32,000 nucleotides of DNA, from NCBI GenBank assembly GCA_025699025.1, contig JAILWJ010000001.1, positions 260,488 through 292,487 on the forward strand, written 5' to 3'. The position numbers were made by a program, and so were the translations under genes. Source of the stretch: Nitrosarchaeum sp. Its GTDB lineage: Archaea; Thermoproteota; Nitrososphaeria; Nitrososphaerales; Nitrosopumilaceae. The notes below the pieces were generated by a model. It had not been told where the DNA came from. It saw nothing but the letters and a program-made list of their open reading frames with translations, and did not search any database. Shown one piece after another: positions 1 through 8,280 of the stretch (the first letter of the stretch is position 1; each line of letters begins with the position of its first letter).

Positions 1-1
1 T

Positions 2-718
2 TCTGAAACAAACCTCACTCCATGCGGATTGTCCGAAGAATATGTTGTTCCGGAATGGAATGTCTCTCATGGCGGCGTCCTCAAGCTTCCTGATTCTGTG
101 ACTTTTGAAGAGGCTGCAATGATTGAACCCTTGGCATGCTGTGTGAGGGCATGGACAAAATATCGTTTTCAAGAAGGAGACTCTGTGGCAATTTTCGGAG
201 TGGGTCCTACAGGAATGATGCACGTGATGATAGCTCTTGCAAAAAAATTCTCAAAGATCTTCTGTTTTGATGTCAATGATTTTAGGTTGAGCTTTGCAAA
301 AAAATTCAATGTTACAGAATCCATCAACTCCATGGATGAGAACAGGATGCAAAAGATCTTAGATCATACTGAGGGAAGGGGTGTTGATGTGGCAATAGTT
401 GCTACAAGCAGCCTGAAGGCATTAAGCGACGCAATTGACATGGTGAGAAAAGGTGGAGCCGTCATGATGTTTGGTGTTCCATCAAAGGGAGCAAAGATTG
501 ACCTGGATATGAGTAAAATATATTCAAAGGAAATCACATTGGTGACAAGCTATGCTGCATCTGATGCTGACACCAAGGAAGCATTGCATCTTATCAGTTC
601 GGGTCAAATTGATGTAAAACAACTTGTGACTCATACGTATCCAATCCAGGACACTCAGAAAGCATTCGAGCATGCTCGCAGCGGCGATAACGCGATGAAG
701 ATCATCATAACTAAATAA
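2..718 (+). CDS. Zn-dependent alcohol/threonine-dehydrogenase-like oxidoreductase (MDR family), C-terminal part; 5' end lies upstream of the window
   Basis: Frame is open from nt 2 (SETNLTPCG precedes the TTG at 29), so the gene is truncated by the window edge. Rossmann GxGxxG motif (FGVGPTG), EPLACCV and the C-terminal AFEHARSGDNAMKIIITK are typical of medium-chain dehydrogenases. Confidence 0.8.
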   Translation, partial: SETNLTPCGLSEEYVVPEWNVSHGGVLKLPDSVTFEEAAMIEPLACCVRAWTKYRFQEGDSVAIFGVGPTGMMHVMIALAKKFSKIFCFDVNDFRLSFAKKFNVTESINSMDENRMQKILDHTEGRGVDVAIVATSSLKALSDAIDMVRKGGAVMMFGVPSKGAKIDLDMSKIYSKEITLVTSYAASDADTKEALHLISSGQIDVKQLVTHTYPIQDTQKAFEHARSGDNAMKIIITK

Positions 719-756
719 GAAAGGCTTAAGAAGGGAATTTTTTTCAAAAAAGAGAC

Positions 757-1680
757 ATGGATTGGGGATTGCAAAACAGAATTTCAAAAATTATCAAACC
801 ACAAAATAACCGTGCGTTAATGCTGGCAGTTGATCATGGCTACTTTTTGGGACCGACTGAAAAATTAGAAAACCCAAAAAAAGTGATTGCGCCATTGCTC
901 AAATACTGCGATTCTCTGATGCTTACTCGCGGTGTTCAAAGAACATCCGTACCTGCAACCACTGACACTCCTATGGTCTTGAGAGTCTCAGGAGGTTCCA
1001 GTATTATTGGTGAAGATCTGTCTCAGGAAGACATTACTGTTAGCATTGAGGATGCAATTCGACTAAATGCTAGTGCTCTGGCAATGTCTATCTTTGTAGG
1101 CTCAAAATATGAATATCAAACTATTGTGAATCTTGGAAAGTTAGTTGGCGAGGCTGAAAAATATGGCATTCCTGTATTGGCAGTCACTGCCGTTGGCAAG
1201 GAACTTGGAAAAGATGCCAGATACCTGTCTTTGGCATGCAGAGTGGCAGCAGAACAAGGTGCTCATATTGTAAAGACCTACTACTGTGAAAACTTTGAAA
1301 AAGTTGTTCAGTCATGCCCCATCCCAATTATTGTTGCAGGAGGAAAAAAAATTCCTGAACGTGATGCATTACAATTAACATACAATGCAATCAAGGGGGG
1401 TGCAGTAGGTGTTGATATGGGAAGGAACATCTGGCAATCAGAAAACCCAGTGGCCATGATCCGGGCTGTTCGTTATATTGTACATGGCAACGCAAATGTC
1501 GAGCAAGCTTTTCAGTTATACAAAAAACTTGTAAATGAAAGCAAGAATGGTCGCCAAAACAAACCTACTGGAAAACAACCTAATAGTTCAAACAAACCAC
1601 AAAACAAACCCAAGGGAAAGCAGCCTACTCAACAAACCAAAACACAATCCACAAAACAAACCAAAAGCAAATCAACCTAA
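757..1680 (+). CDS. Class I aldolase of the DhnA/FbaB/ADH-synthase family (COG1830-like) with a K/Q/P/N/T-rich C-terminal tail
   Basis: 307 aa. Motifs AVDHGYFLGP, LRVSGG, IVKTYY, IVAGGKK, VGVDMGRNIWQ and RAVRYIVHGNANVEQA resemble archaeal fructose-bisphosphate aldolase class Ia / 2-amino-3,7-dideoxy-D-threo-hept-6-ulosonate synthase. The last ~45 aa are low complexity. Confidence 0.75.
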   Translation: MDWGLQNRISKIIKPQNNRALMLAVDHGYFLGPTEKLENPKKVIAPLLKYCDSLMLTRGVQRTSVPATTDTPMVLRVSGGSSIIGEDLSQEDITVSIEDAIRLNASALAMSIFVGSKYEYQTIVNLGKLVGEAEKYGIPVLAVTAVGKELGKDARYLSLACRVAAEQGAHIVKTYYCENFEKVVQSCPIPIIVAGGKKIPERDALQLTYNAIKGGAVGVDMGRNIWQSENPVAMIRAVRYIVHGNANVEQAFQLYKKLVNESKNGRQNKPTGKQPNSSNKPQNKPKGKQPTQQTKTQSTKQTKSKST

Positions 1681-1707
1681 TAATTCAAACAAACCAAAAA
1701 CAAATCC
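1576..1707 (+). repeat. A/C-rich low-complexity region with two near-identical ~36-nt copies (1576-1611 and 1673-1707) 97 nt apart
   Basis: caacctaatagttcaaacaaaccacaaaacaaaccc versus caacctaataattcaaacaaaccaaaaacaaatcc: 2 substitutions plus a 1-nt indel. The 97-nt offset is not a multiple of 3. Confidence 0.8.
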
Positions 1708-1746
1708 TTCCAACCCAAGCAAGCAATAAACACCGTTTGGGTATTC

Positions 1747-2208
1747 TTACCTGTTAATTTTTGATAGGTGGATGTGTGCAATCTTCCATGTTGGTTGTTT
1801 TACCAAGACAAACGTTGCCCTTCCATCAATAGAAATGTGCTCTCCAGTGTATGCCTTGTTGTCCACTAGCATTCCTTTTTGATTTACCTCCATTGCAACA
1901 ACTGCCATGTTGCCAAACACGCTTATCTTTGGATTTTTTATCTGATAATCATAATCTGAAATGCTGACAAATTTGAGCTCTTCTAACTCTATGGTGGTTT
2001 GAAAGTCTTTAAGATCATATGGTGGCAAATCGCTGAAACTAGAGAATTTTGAGTCATTGAGGTGTATCTCTTTTAAACGTGAAAAGTCCTTTGTTTTTCC
2101 TGCCTCAAAAAGGCTGTCAATCACTTGGATAATCTCTTCGTTGTCTGACAAAATCTCTACACGTGCTGAGAAAATATTGAGTTTAAATCTTCTGCGGCGT
2201 TTCCTCAA
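1747..2208 (-). CDS. NTF2-like / SnoaL-like (DUF4440-type) small protein
   Basis: 153 aa. An N-terminal helix (IIQVIDSLFEAGKTKDF) is followed by beta-rich FGNMAVVAMEV...GRATFVLVKQPTWKIAHIHLS, typical of the ketosteroid-isomerase/NTF2 fold. The start is uncertain: TTG at 2208, or an in-frame TTG at 2151 giving MSDNEEII. Confidence 0.5.
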   Translation of the reverse strand: MRKRRRRFKLNIFSARVEILSDNEEIIQVIDSLFEAGKTKDFSRLKEIHLNDSKFSSFSDLPPYDLKDFQTTIELEELKFVSISDYDYQIKNPKISVFGNMAVVAMEVNQKGMLVDNKAYTGEHISIDGRATFVLVKQPTWKIAHIHLSKINR

Positions 2209-2387
2209 AATACAATGTTATTTTTCTGAGAATCTTTATTAGTTATAATCTACCTGTATTTTTTGAATTTCAATGAGCACAAAACCAACCGTGAAAACTA
2301 TGTCTTTTCTACTAGTTGAACTTGTACTGTAAAGTGTGCTCAAAATTTTAACACATTAAAATTATGGAGAAAAATTTGGTGAATTAA

Positions 2388-4076
2388 ATGGAAACTATGA
2401 CTGGTGCAAAGGCATTGATGACTGCCATGGAAAAAGAAGGCGTCAAACAAGTATTTGGCTTACCGGGAGGTGCAAACCTTCCAATGTATGATGAGTTTGC
2501 TAGATGTGACATTAGACATATCTTGGTACGACATGAACAGTCTGCAGCTCATATGGCAGATGGATTTGGACGTGTTAGTAGGAAACCCGGAGTTTGTTTT
2601 GCAACATCAGGGCCTGGTGCCACTAACATTTTGACTGGCATTGCAACAGCTCAAGCAGACTCTGCACCAATGATTGCCGTAACTGGTCAGGTACCTGTCG
2701 CAATGATTGGGAGAGATGCATTTCAAGAAAGTGATATTATTGGAATGGCAAATCCTGTTGTAAAATATGCGTTTCAGCCAAGGACTGCAAAAGAAATTCC
2801 AGAAGTAGTCAAAAAGGGATTTTTCATTGCAGAGACTGGAAGACCAGGACCTGTTCTTATAGACATACCAAAAGATGTACAACAAAACACAGCCGAGATG
2901 GTGTTTCCAGACGAATTTAAAATCAGGGGGTATCATCCTTGGGCTGATCCGGATATCTCCAACGTTGAAAAAGCCATAGAGATGCTACTTCATGCACAAA
3001 AGCCAGTCATTTTAGCTGGTGGCGGAACAATAATCTCTTCTGCATTTGCAGAACTTCAGGCCATTGCAGAATTTCTCATGATTCCTGTCGTAACTACATT
3101 CAAAGGCAAAGGATCATTTCCTGAAACTCATCCGTTATCTTTAGGTCCAATTGGGATGCACGGACACGCAGAGGCAAACAGGATAATGTCTGAAGCTGAC
3201 TGTGTTTTGGCAATTGGAACCCGTTTCTCAGACAGATCTGTTGGAACATTTGAGGCATTTGAAAAAAGGTTGAAGATTATTCACATGGATGTAGACCCTG
3301 CAGAGATTGGAAAGAATCAGACTACCCAGATTGCGGTGGTTGGTGATGTTAGGGCATCGCTTCGAATTATGGTAAAAATGTTGATGCAAAAGGCACTCAA
3401 AAAATCTGAGGAAACGCCTTGGTTAAAACATGTTAGGGAAACCAAAGATTACTGGAAGCAAAATTTGAAACTACATCCTGGTGAAATGGGTGCTGCAAAA
3501 ATCCTCAGAAAATTGCGTGAACTATTGCCACCAGAGTCCATAATTACTACGGAGGTAGGACAACACCAAATGTGGGCATCATTGTTTTATGATGTAATCC
3601 AACCTGGAACCTTCTTTAGCTCTACTGGTCTTGGTACCATGGGCTGGGGATTTCCTGCAGCTATAGGTGCCAAAGTTGCAAAACCTGATGTTCCAGTGGT
3701 AGACATTGCAGGTGACGGTAGCTTTAGTATGACCGAAAACTCTCTTGCCACTGCTGTTTTGGAAGACATTCCAGTGATTGTATTTTTGCTAAACAACTTT
3801 ACTTTGGGCATGGTTGCACAGTGGCAACGAACCTTCTATGACAGGCGAATGATTGGAGTTGATCAAGGCAAGTGCCCTGACTATGTTAAACTAGCTGAAT
3901 CATATGGTGCACAAGGATTACGCGCACAATCAATGGATGAGTTGGACAAAGCAATCAAGACTGCATTGAGCAGTGATGTTGCAACCGTAATTGATATTCC
4001 AATTGATCCTGAAGAAGACGTGTTACCTTTTGTTGCTCCCGGAACATCGCTTTCGGATATGATTTTACCATCATAG
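2388..4076 (+). CDS. ilvB: Acetolactate synthase (acetohydroxyacid synthase) large catalytic subunit
   Basis: 562 aa. ThDP-binding motif GDGSF...x24...NN (IAGDGSFSMTENSLATAVLEDIPVIVFLLNN), an N-terminal GxPGG region and FQE are present. It is followed directly by the small subunit. Confidence 0.95.
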   Translation: METMTGAKALMTAMEKEGVKQVFGLPGGANLPMYDEFARCDIRHILVRHEQSAAHMADGFGRVSRKPGVCFATSGPGATNILTGIATAQADSAPMIAVTGQVPVAMIGRDAFQESDIIGMANPVVKYAFQPRTAKEIPEVVKKGFFIAETGRPGPVLIDIPKDVQQNTAEMVFPDEFKIRGYHPWADPDISNVEKAIEMLLHAQKPVILAGGGTIISSAFAELQAIAEFLMIPVVTTFKGKGSFPETHPLSLGPIGMHGHAEANRIMSEADCVLAIGTRFSDRSVGTFEAFEKRLKIIHMDVDPAEIGKNQTTQIAVVGDVRASLRIMVKMLMQKALKKSEETPWLKHVRETKDYWKQNLKLHPGEMGAAKILRKLRELLPPESIITTEVGQHQMWASLFYDVIQPGTFFSSTGLGTMGWGFPAAIGAKVAKPDVPVVDIAGDGSFSMTENSLATAVLEDIPVIVFLLNNFTLGMVAQWQRTFYDRRMIGVDQGKCPDYVKLAESYGAQGLRAQSMDELDKAIKTALSSDVATVIDIPIDPEEDVLPFVAPGTSLSDMILPS

Positions 4077-4567
4077 TGATTATCATGTGGGCAATTCTTT
4101 CTATCTTGGTTGAAAACAAACCTGGTATCTTGTTTAAGGTGACTCATCTTTTTAGATCAAGAAACTTTAACATTGACAGCATCTCTGTTGGTGTTACTGA
4201 TAACCCTGAATACTCTAAAATGACAATTACTACTTATGGGGATGAAAAACAAATCGACCAGATAGTAAAACAGCTTGATAAGATGATAGATACTGTGGAA
4301 GTAAAGCAACTTGACGAGCATAAAACAGTCTACCGCGAACTTAGTATTTTTAAGATTAAGGTGAGTAATGCTAATGATAGCATGGAGATTAACAAATTGG
4401 CAAATGCATACGGCGGCAAAGTACACGATGTCAGAAAAGATTCTATCATGGTAGAGTTGACTGCAACCCCTGATCAAATCCGGGCGTTTGAAGAATTGGC
4501 CAGACCATTTGGGATAATTGATGTTGCAAGGACCGGTGTTGCTGCATTGCAGAGGAGCGGATCATGA
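4076..4567 (+). CDS. ilvN: Acetolactate synthase small regulatory subunit (ACT domain)
   Basis: 163 aa. ACT signature ILSILVENKPGILFKVTHLFRSRNFNIDSISVG. The GTG at 4076 abuts the ilvB stop; an alternative ATG lies at 4085. Confidence 0.9.
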   Translation: MIIMWAILSILVENKPGILFKVTHLFRSRNFNIDSISVGVTDNPEYSKMTITTYGDEKQIDQIVKQLDKMIDTVEVKQLDEHKTVYRELSIFKIKVSNANDSMEINKLANAYGGKVHDVRKDSIMVELTATPDQIRAFEELARPFGIIDVARTGVAALQRSGS

Positions 4568-6078
4568 GAATCAGGATATTTGACACTACACTAAGAGACG
4601 GAGAACAGACCCCTGGAATCTCCTTATCCCCTGAGCAAAAGCTTTCCATTGCAAAAAAGCTTGACGAGTTAGGAGTTGATGCAATAGAGGCAGGGTTTCC
4701 TGTAATCTCTGAAGGTGAATTCAAGGCAGTCAAGATGATTGCTAGTGCGGGTTTAAATTGCGACATCTGTGGTTTGGCAAGAACCAGCAAAAAAGACATT
4801 GATGCTGCTGCCGATGCAGGATTGAACTACATCCATACATTCATTGCAACTTCGGACATTCACTTGCAATACAAATTAAAGATGACCCGTGAGCAGGCGC
4901 TTGCAAAAGCAATAGAGGCAGTAGAGTATGGCAAGTCACGCGGATTGCAGGTAGAATTTTCTGCTGAAGATGCAACGCGAACTGACAGGGAGTTTTTGAA
5001 AAAGGTATTTGGTGAAGTTGCAAAAGCAGGTGCTGACAGGATAGACATACCTGACACCGTTGGATATTCCACTCCTGAATACATTGCAGAAATTACCAGG
5101 GATGCAATTGCTGCAACGAATCTTCCGATAAGTGTTCACTGTCATAATGATTTTGGACTGGCAGTGGCAAACGCGCTCTCTGGAATAAGAGCAGGTGCCC
5201 AGTGTGCACATGTTACAATTAACGGAATCGGGGAGAGAGCAGGGAACGCCTCCTTGGAGGAGTTTGTCATGGCACTAAAATGCCTCCAGTATGATCAAAA
5301 GTATGAAACAGGAATAAAGTCCGAACTAATCTATGACACATCCAGGTTTGTCTCAAAGATAGTTGGCATCCAGGTACAGCCAAACAAAGCCATAGTGGGT
5401 GATAATGCGTTTGGACACGAGTCTGGCATACACACACATGGAATCTTGAGCAATCCGTTGACGTATGAGCCAATTAGCCCCGAGCTAGTTGGAAGAAAGA
5501 GATGGCTTCAAGTCGGAAAGCATGCAGGAATTCATGGCATGAATGCAATGCTTGCCGAATATGGAATCAAACCCTCTGAGGATCAGTCAAAGCAAATCCT
5601 TGACAAGGTCAAGGTACTGGGTGACCAAGGAAAGCAAGTCACTGATGTAGAGTTGCTCTCAATTGCAAGTGACATCTTGGGCGAAAAGGGAATCAAGAGG
5701 ATTGTTCAACTGACTGGATTTTCAGTCTCTACTGGAATCGGGACGATGCCTTATGCATTTGTAAAACTAAACATTGACGGCAATGACTTTATCGGAACTG
5801 ACTATGGAGTTGGACCAGTCGATGCAGCCCTCAATGCAATTCAAAAAATCACCGGAAAGATATCTGAAGTCAAGATCAAAGACTATGGACTTGCATCAAT
5901 CTCTGGCGGCTCTACTGCATTGTGTGAGGTGACCATTCGCGTTGAGGATGCACAAGGAAACAACGTGTCTGCAAAGTCTGTAGGCGAGGACATTGTAACT
6001 ACCAGCGTTCAGGCAGTAATTGACGGATTGAATCGAATAATGCTCAAGAAAATGCTTCAAGAGAAGCAGCTAAACTAA
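4564..6078 (+). CDS. leuA: 2-isopropylmalate synthase (LeuA/CimA family; citramalate synthase cannot be excluded)
   Basis: 504 aa. Motifs FDTTLRDGEQ, HCHNDFGLAVAN and GIGERAGNASLEE, plus a C-terminal LeuA-type regulatory domain. Its ATG overlaps the ilvN stop (ATGA at 4564-4567). Confidence 0.85.
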   Translation: MRIRIFDTTLRDGEQTPGISLSPEQKLSIAKKLDELGVDAIEAGFPVISEGEFKAVKMIASAGLNCDICGLARTSKKDIDAAADAGLNYIHTFIATSDIHLQYKLKMTREQALAKAIEAVEYGKSRGLQVEFSAEDATRTDREFLKKVFGEVAKAGADRIDIPDTVGYSTPEYIAEITRDAIAATNLPISVHCHNDFGLAVANALSGIRAGAQCAHVTINGIGERAGNASLEEFVMALKCLQYDQKYETGIKSELIYDTSRFVSKIVGIQVQPNKAIVGDNAFGHESGIHTHGILSNPLTYEPISPELVGRKRWLQVGKHAGIHGMNAMLAEYGIKPSEDQSKQILDKVKVLGDQGKQVTDVELLSIASDILGEKGIKRIVQLTGFSVSTGIGTMPYAFVKLNIDGNDFIGTDYGVGPVDAALNAIQKITGKISEVKIKDYGLASISGGSTALCEVTIRVEDAQGNNVSAKSVGEDIVTTSVQAVIDGLNRIMLKKMLQEKQLN

Positions 6079-6110
6079 ATCCTAAAATCCTCTTTGGTTG
6101 AAGAGCATCC

Positions 6111-7124
6111 ATGTATAAAATTTCTTTAATTACTGGCGATGGAATAGGCCCGGAACTATCCGAATCTGCAGTATCCGTACTTGATACTATTCATGACAAA
6201 CATGGCTTAAAATTTGAAATTGCCAAACTATCTGCAGGAGATGCCGCACTCAGAGAGACTGGAAAGGCATTGCCTGATGAGGCTGTAAATGCAATCTCTA
6301 ATTCACAGGTGTGTCTCAAGGCACCTGTAGGTGAGAGTGCAGCTGATGTCATTGTGGTGCTAAGACGGATGCTGGATCTTTATGCAAACATTAGACCTGC
6401 AAAGTCATATCCTAACATGCCTGCATTACGCGATGACATTGACATGGTAATAGTCCGAGAAAACACAGAGGATCTGTATACTGGCAAAGAATTCAGCCTC
6501 GGAGATGCATCTGTTGCATTGAGGATAATCTCAGAGCGTGCATCAAAGAGAATTGCAAAATATGCGTTTGAGACTGCAATGCAGCGAAACTCCAAAAAGA
6601 AGGTGACATGTGTTCATAAATCAAATGTGATGCGCGTCACTGATGGCATGTTTGCAAAAGCATGCGCTGATGTCTCAAAGAACTATCCTGATGTCTCATT
6701 TGAGCAGATGTATGTTGATGCATGTGCGATGAATTTGATTCGCCAGCCAGACCAGTTTGATGTGATTGTGACTACAAACTTGTTTGGTGATATATTGTCT
6801 GATGAGTCCTCCCAAGTAGTCGGAGGCCTTGGCATGGCACCAGCTGCAAACATTGGGGATGACTTTGCATTGTTTGAGCCAGTGCACGGGGCGGCATTTG
6901 ACATTGCAGGAAAGAACATTGCAAATCCTTCATCTTTCTTGCTTTCAATCAAGATGATGTTTGATTGGCTTGGTGCAAAATACAATGACAAAAAGTGCAT
7001 AGACATGGGGCAAAAACTAGAATCCACAATATTTGATCTGGTAAAGACTGGCATGAAAACAAAGGATATTGGCGGAGATATGACCACTGATGCATTTACC
7101 CGAGAAATCACAAAAAACCTCTAA
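6111..7124 (+). CDS. leuB: 3-isopropylmalate dehydrogenase (isocitrate/isopropylmalate dehydrogenase family)
   Basis: 337 aa. Motifs ITGDGIGPE, VRENTEDLY, NLFGDILSDE and EPVHGAAFDIAGKNIANP. Sits next to leuA. Confidence 0.85.
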   Translation: MYKISLITGDGIGPELSESAVSVLDTIHDKHGLKFEIAKLSAGDAALRETGKALPDEAVNAISNSQVCLKAPVGESAADVIVVLRRMLDLYANIRPAKSYPNMPALRDDIDMVIVRENTEDLYTGKEFSLGDASVALRIISERASKRIAKYAFETAMQRNSKKKVTCVHKSNVMRVTDGMFAKACADVSKNYPDVSFEQMYVDACAMNLIRQPDQFDVIVTTNLFGDILSDESSQVVGGLGMAPAANIGDDFALFEPVHGAAFDIAGKNIANPSSFLLSIKMMFDWLGAKYNDKKCIDMGQKLESTIFDLVKTGMKTKDIGGDMTTDAFTREITKNL

Positions 7125-7151
7125 TGTTAGAATCTAGTATTAAAGGCGTAC

Positions 7152-7415
7152 GTGGGATACATTGAACAGCAATTACTAGAAAAAACAATCCCTCAAACAT
7201 ATCATGTGGAATCGCAAAAAAGGACGCTGCTAAAGACCTGCATCTATCGAGGTTTTACCACCGTGGTGCTCTTTGCAATATCGTGGATATACACTGGAAG
7301 CTTTGTTGACACATCTTTTATCACAATAATGTTTAACGTAATTGCCACTGTCTTTTACTATGTTCATGAACGGCTGTGGTCAAAATCCAAATGGGGCATT
7401 CCGGTATGTCAGTGA
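7152..7415 (+). CDS. Small membrane protein, DUF2061-like
   Basis: 87 aa. RTLLKTCIYRGFTTVVLFAISWIYTG...VFYYVHERLWSKSKWG matches my recollection of the DUF2061 pattern. GTG start. Confidence 0.55.
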   Translation: MGYIEQQLLEKTIPQTYHVESQKRTLLKTCIYRGFTTVVLFAISWIYTGSFVDTSFITIMFNVIATVFYYVHERLWSKSKWGIPVCQ

Positions 7416-7780
7416 TCTCTTCTCTTCAAATCCGATGATGGTGGGTTTAAAGACCAAAAAAACATCGCAAGGCAAATTGGAATCATTATGAGCAGTAACG
7501 CCACAAGCGTGATTGTGTAAAACATTGGGTCTAGTCCCGGAAGGAATGGCCCCGGATAAACTGCATAAAACCACAAAATCCCTACAAACACAAGCACTAG
7601 TTTGTTCTTTCTTACAAGTTTTTTCCATCCCAATCGTCGTTTTTTGATGTAGCATTCCTTACACCTTGTCCTGTCATCTGTCATGCATGTCGTGCAGCAA
7701 TTTTTATCGCAAAAATAACATATCCTGTCCCCAAATGCCGATCCACAAAAGTCACATTTGTACACTGGTACTGGATCCAC
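7409..7780 (-). CDS. Cys-rich zinc-ribbon protein with C-terminal transmembrane helices
   Basis: 123 aa. CDFC...CYFC...CCTTC...CKEC (four CxxC-like pairs) is followed by two hydrophobic helices. GTG start. Its 3' end overlaps the convergent DUF2061 gene by 7 nt. Confidence 0.55.
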   Translation of the reverse strand: MDPVPVYKCDFCGSAFGDRICYFCDKNCCTTCMTDDRTRCKECYIKKRRLGWKKLVRKNKLVLVFVGILWFYAVYPGPFLPGLDPMFYTITLVALLLIMIPICLAMFFWSLNPPSSDLKRRDH

Positions 7781-7843
7781 TTCTTTTGGATTTATCTTTT
7801 TTTGAACTCAATTTTTATTAGTTGGATTTTTTTTAATTATTCT

Positions 7844-7975
7844 ATGGCAGTATGCTGTATATGTAAAATTGCAGAAGGCACGCTAAAAATAAGCGATGGC
7901 AATCCAAAGTACAAAGGCAAGCCTATATGCAAGGAATGCCAGGGATATAGAAAACTAATGCATGAAACAAAATAA
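7844..7975 (+). CDS. Unlisted 43-aa zinc-ribbon mini-protein
   Basis: Hand translation: MAVCCICKIAEGTLKISDGNPKYKGKPICKECQGYRKLMHETK*. It has CxxC ... CxxC. An A/T box (atttttatta, 7811-7820) lies ~25-30 nt upstream of the ATG. Too short for the ORF track. Confidence 0.4.
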   Translation: MAVCCICKIAEGTLKISDGNPKYKGKPICKECQGYRKLMHETK

Positions 7976-7976
7976 C

Positions 7977-8222
7977 CTAGTCTGATTTTGTCTTGTTTTT
8001 ATTTGCCCACTCTTCGTACATCTTGATCAGCTCATCTACATCGCTTCCATTTTCAGAATATGTGACAATTACCCCAAACGTGCCTTTCTTGTCATGACCC
8101 CTTGCAAAATACCCCCAAAAAGAGTCTGGCAGCTTTTGAAAGCTCTTCGAGTCATGTGACACTCCAATCAGGTTGTTGCCAATTACCTCGACTACTTTTT
8201 TTGCGTCAGTTTGCTCTATCAT
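7977..8222 (-). CDS. Hypothetical protein (81 aa)
   Basis: ATG start at 8222. A TATA-like TTTTTATT box lies on the coding strand at 8250-8243. No recognisable motif. Confidence 0.5.
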   Translation of the reverse strand: MIEQTDAKKVVEVIGNNLIGVSHDSKSFQKLPDSFWGYFARGHDKKGTFGVIVTYSENGSDVDELIKMYEEWANKNKTKSD

Positions 8223-8257
8223 ATGGTGTGTGGTTTCCTGAAGAATAAAAATCTGAA

Positions 8258-8272
8258 TCCCACTAGACCCGC
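8258..8272. repeat. Left attachment-site core (attL): TCCCACTAGACCCGC
   Basis: Perfect 15-bp direct repeat of 18683-18697. It lies 9 nt upstream of the integrase ORF and 35 nt upstream of the ATG of the 81-aa ORF. Confidence 0.8.
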
Positions 8273-8280
8273 CATCCTTA

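Noticed and set aside
1535-1729. 64-aa ORF overlapping the aldolase tail in the +1 frame
   Set aside because: It is not an independent gene. It is the same low-complexity A/C-rich DNA read in another frame, and is relevant only to the frameshift hypothesis reported above.
2274-2342. 8-bp inverted repeat TGAGCACA ... TGTGCTCA, 53 nt apart, upstream of ilvB (possible leader or operator)
   Set aside because: It is a single short pair with a long spacer in a 180-bp A/T-rich intergenic region. There is no supporting second element or recognisable attenuator-like peptide, so it is compatible with chance.
2607-7111. Numerous 60-140-aa ORFs antisense to, or overlapping, ilvB, ilvN, leuA and leuB (e.g. 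2607..2936, 4157..4477, 4446..4799, 6683..7111). Similar shadow ORFs lie opposite aspS, the MFS gene, tldD and the kinase.
   Set aside because: All lie within strongly supported conserved genes on the other strand or frame and have low-complexity or Cys/Ser-rich compositions typical of shadow ORFs.
7527-7535. GGGTCTAGT, the reverse complement of 9 bases of the att core, inside the 7409..7780 ORF
   Set aside because: It lies within coding sequence (encodes GLDP). A single 9-mer on either strand of 32 kb is not far from chance expectation, and it has no partner or associated feature.
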